NCBI GenBank assembly: GCA_026770705.1 | Contig: JANJGN010000075.1 | Span: 248,001 to 312,000 of the forward strand | DNA length: 64,000 bases | Direction: 5' to 3' | From: Isurus oxyrinchus | Lineage: Eukaryota | In this document: piece after piece, positions 62,495 to 64,000 of the stretch | Layout: every line of letters begins with the position of its first letter | Position numbering within the stretch: position 1 is the first letter of the stretch | The notes under the pieces: model-generated | Database searches by the model: none | The model's input: the letters and a program-made list of their open reading frames with translations, nothing else | Told to the model about the DNA's origin: nothing | Made by a program: the position numbers and the translations under genes

Positions 62495-64000
62495 GCCCTA
62501 AAACACACACGCACACACAAACACACCCACACACACTCACACCAGCAGACATACACACACACACACACACACACACAGGCACGCAAACTTAAAAGCACTC
62601 ACACATATACTTGCAAGCACAGAGAAGCACACACTCACACAAGTTCTCTCTCTCTGTCCCTCTCTCTCCCTTACAGGCACACACACACACTCAGACACAG
62701 ACTTGCACACACTCACACAACAAGGAAGAAATACAAACACATGCACACACACACAAACATACACACACACTCACATGCACACAAACACCAACAAGCAAAC
62801 ACACACACACACACACGCATACATACACTAAAACAAAGGCACACACTCAAACAGACACTCACTCACACACTCATTCAGACACACACTCACGCACGCACAC
62901 ACACAAACACACACTCAAACGTACGCTTGTATACACACACACACACACATACACACTCACACACTCCAGCAGGCACGTGCACGCAATCGCAGGCTAATGC
63001 TCACACATGCACTCTCTCACAAAAACACAAACACACACATAATATTATACAAACACACAAACACAAATATGTGTACAGACTTACACATACTCACAGACAC
63101 ACATACCCTCAGGCACACACTTACACACTTGCCTCACACACATACATGCACACACACATTCAAACACGCACATACTAACAGACACTCGCACACACTATCA
63201 GTCACAAGCTTATACAAAAACAAAATTACCTGCTTCTTCAGGTACCCTCTCAAAAACAAACACGTTATCTCTCACACACTCTCTCGAACTCACACACACA
63301 TACACATACAAAAAGTCACTCACACACACCCACATGCACATTCTTACACGCAGTTGCACAAACACACACACTCAAGCAGATCAAAACATATCAATACATT
63401 CACACACACATTTACAAACAAACTCAAGCACGCACTCAAATGCATTCATACACACACGTGGGTACATATGCACACACGCACAGACACACAGACTTACACA
63501 CATCAACACACACTCACACATGCACACATGCAATCAAACATACAGAAGCGAACACAAGAATGCACTCATAGACTCTCACACAAACTCACACACAGACACA
63601 CATAAACAATCCCCCTCTTACAAATGCATTCACATGCACACTCATACACACATACATGCACACATGCACACACAAGGGCTCAGGCGCACTCACAAGCATC
63701 AACACACGTCAACAAACACACGTACAAGCACGCACTCACAAGCACTCATACAAGCTCTCACAGACACACTCATACACGCCCACTCACACATCCTCACTCA
63801 CACATGCACACACACTCACATGCACTCACACACACAGACACACACATATGCATGCATACACACACACACACACTCACACCCTAACACACAGGCAGTCAGA
63901 CACTGACACACGATCACACACACACATACGCACATGCAGGCAAATCAAAATCATGCACACACACACACCAATATATTTGTACACACTTTCGCACACAAAA
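62495..64000. repeat. Long degenerate (CA)n microsatellite
   Basis: About 1.5 kb of CA-dominated sequence giving His/Thr-rich spurious ORFs. Confidence 0.95.

Noticed and set aside
62450-63906. Long His/Thr-rich ORFs (also the Val/Cys/Ser-rich ORFs at 482-1057 and 46028-46772)
   Set aside because: Translations of degenerate dinucleotide microsatellites.

Overview
Repeat-rich, intron-containing vertebrate DNA, most likely a cartilaginous fish (shark). That is inferred from the CR1/L2 LINE, tRNA-SINE and Penelope repeat content; the species cannot be determined. The biologically meaningful content is a cluster of leukocyte-receptor-complex (LRC)-type immunoglobulin-superfamily genes on the + strand. 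One is a decayed 4-domain pseudogene (27.0-33.3 kb) with a possible relic Arg-containing transmembrane exon at 34.5 kb. The other has a 33-nt signal-peptide mini-exon (51.5 kb) and four intact phase-1 Ig exons (54.1, 58.8, 60.3, 61.3 kb) interleaved with three disabled Ig exons, and presumably continues beyond the window. The rest contains: a large old inverted segmental duplication (about 0.5-9.5 kb mirrored by 35.1-49.2 kb) with conserved NRF1/CCAAT-type motifs; a 6.5-kb macrosatellite (14.1-20.6 kb) with a CTCF-like motif in six units; young Penelope elements carrying minimal hammerhead-ribozyme motifs; two tRNA-Ala relics; many LINE/SINE fragments and long degenerate microsatellites. Most ORFs in the supplied track are spurious. 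All alignments were done by eye, so repeat boundaries are approximate.
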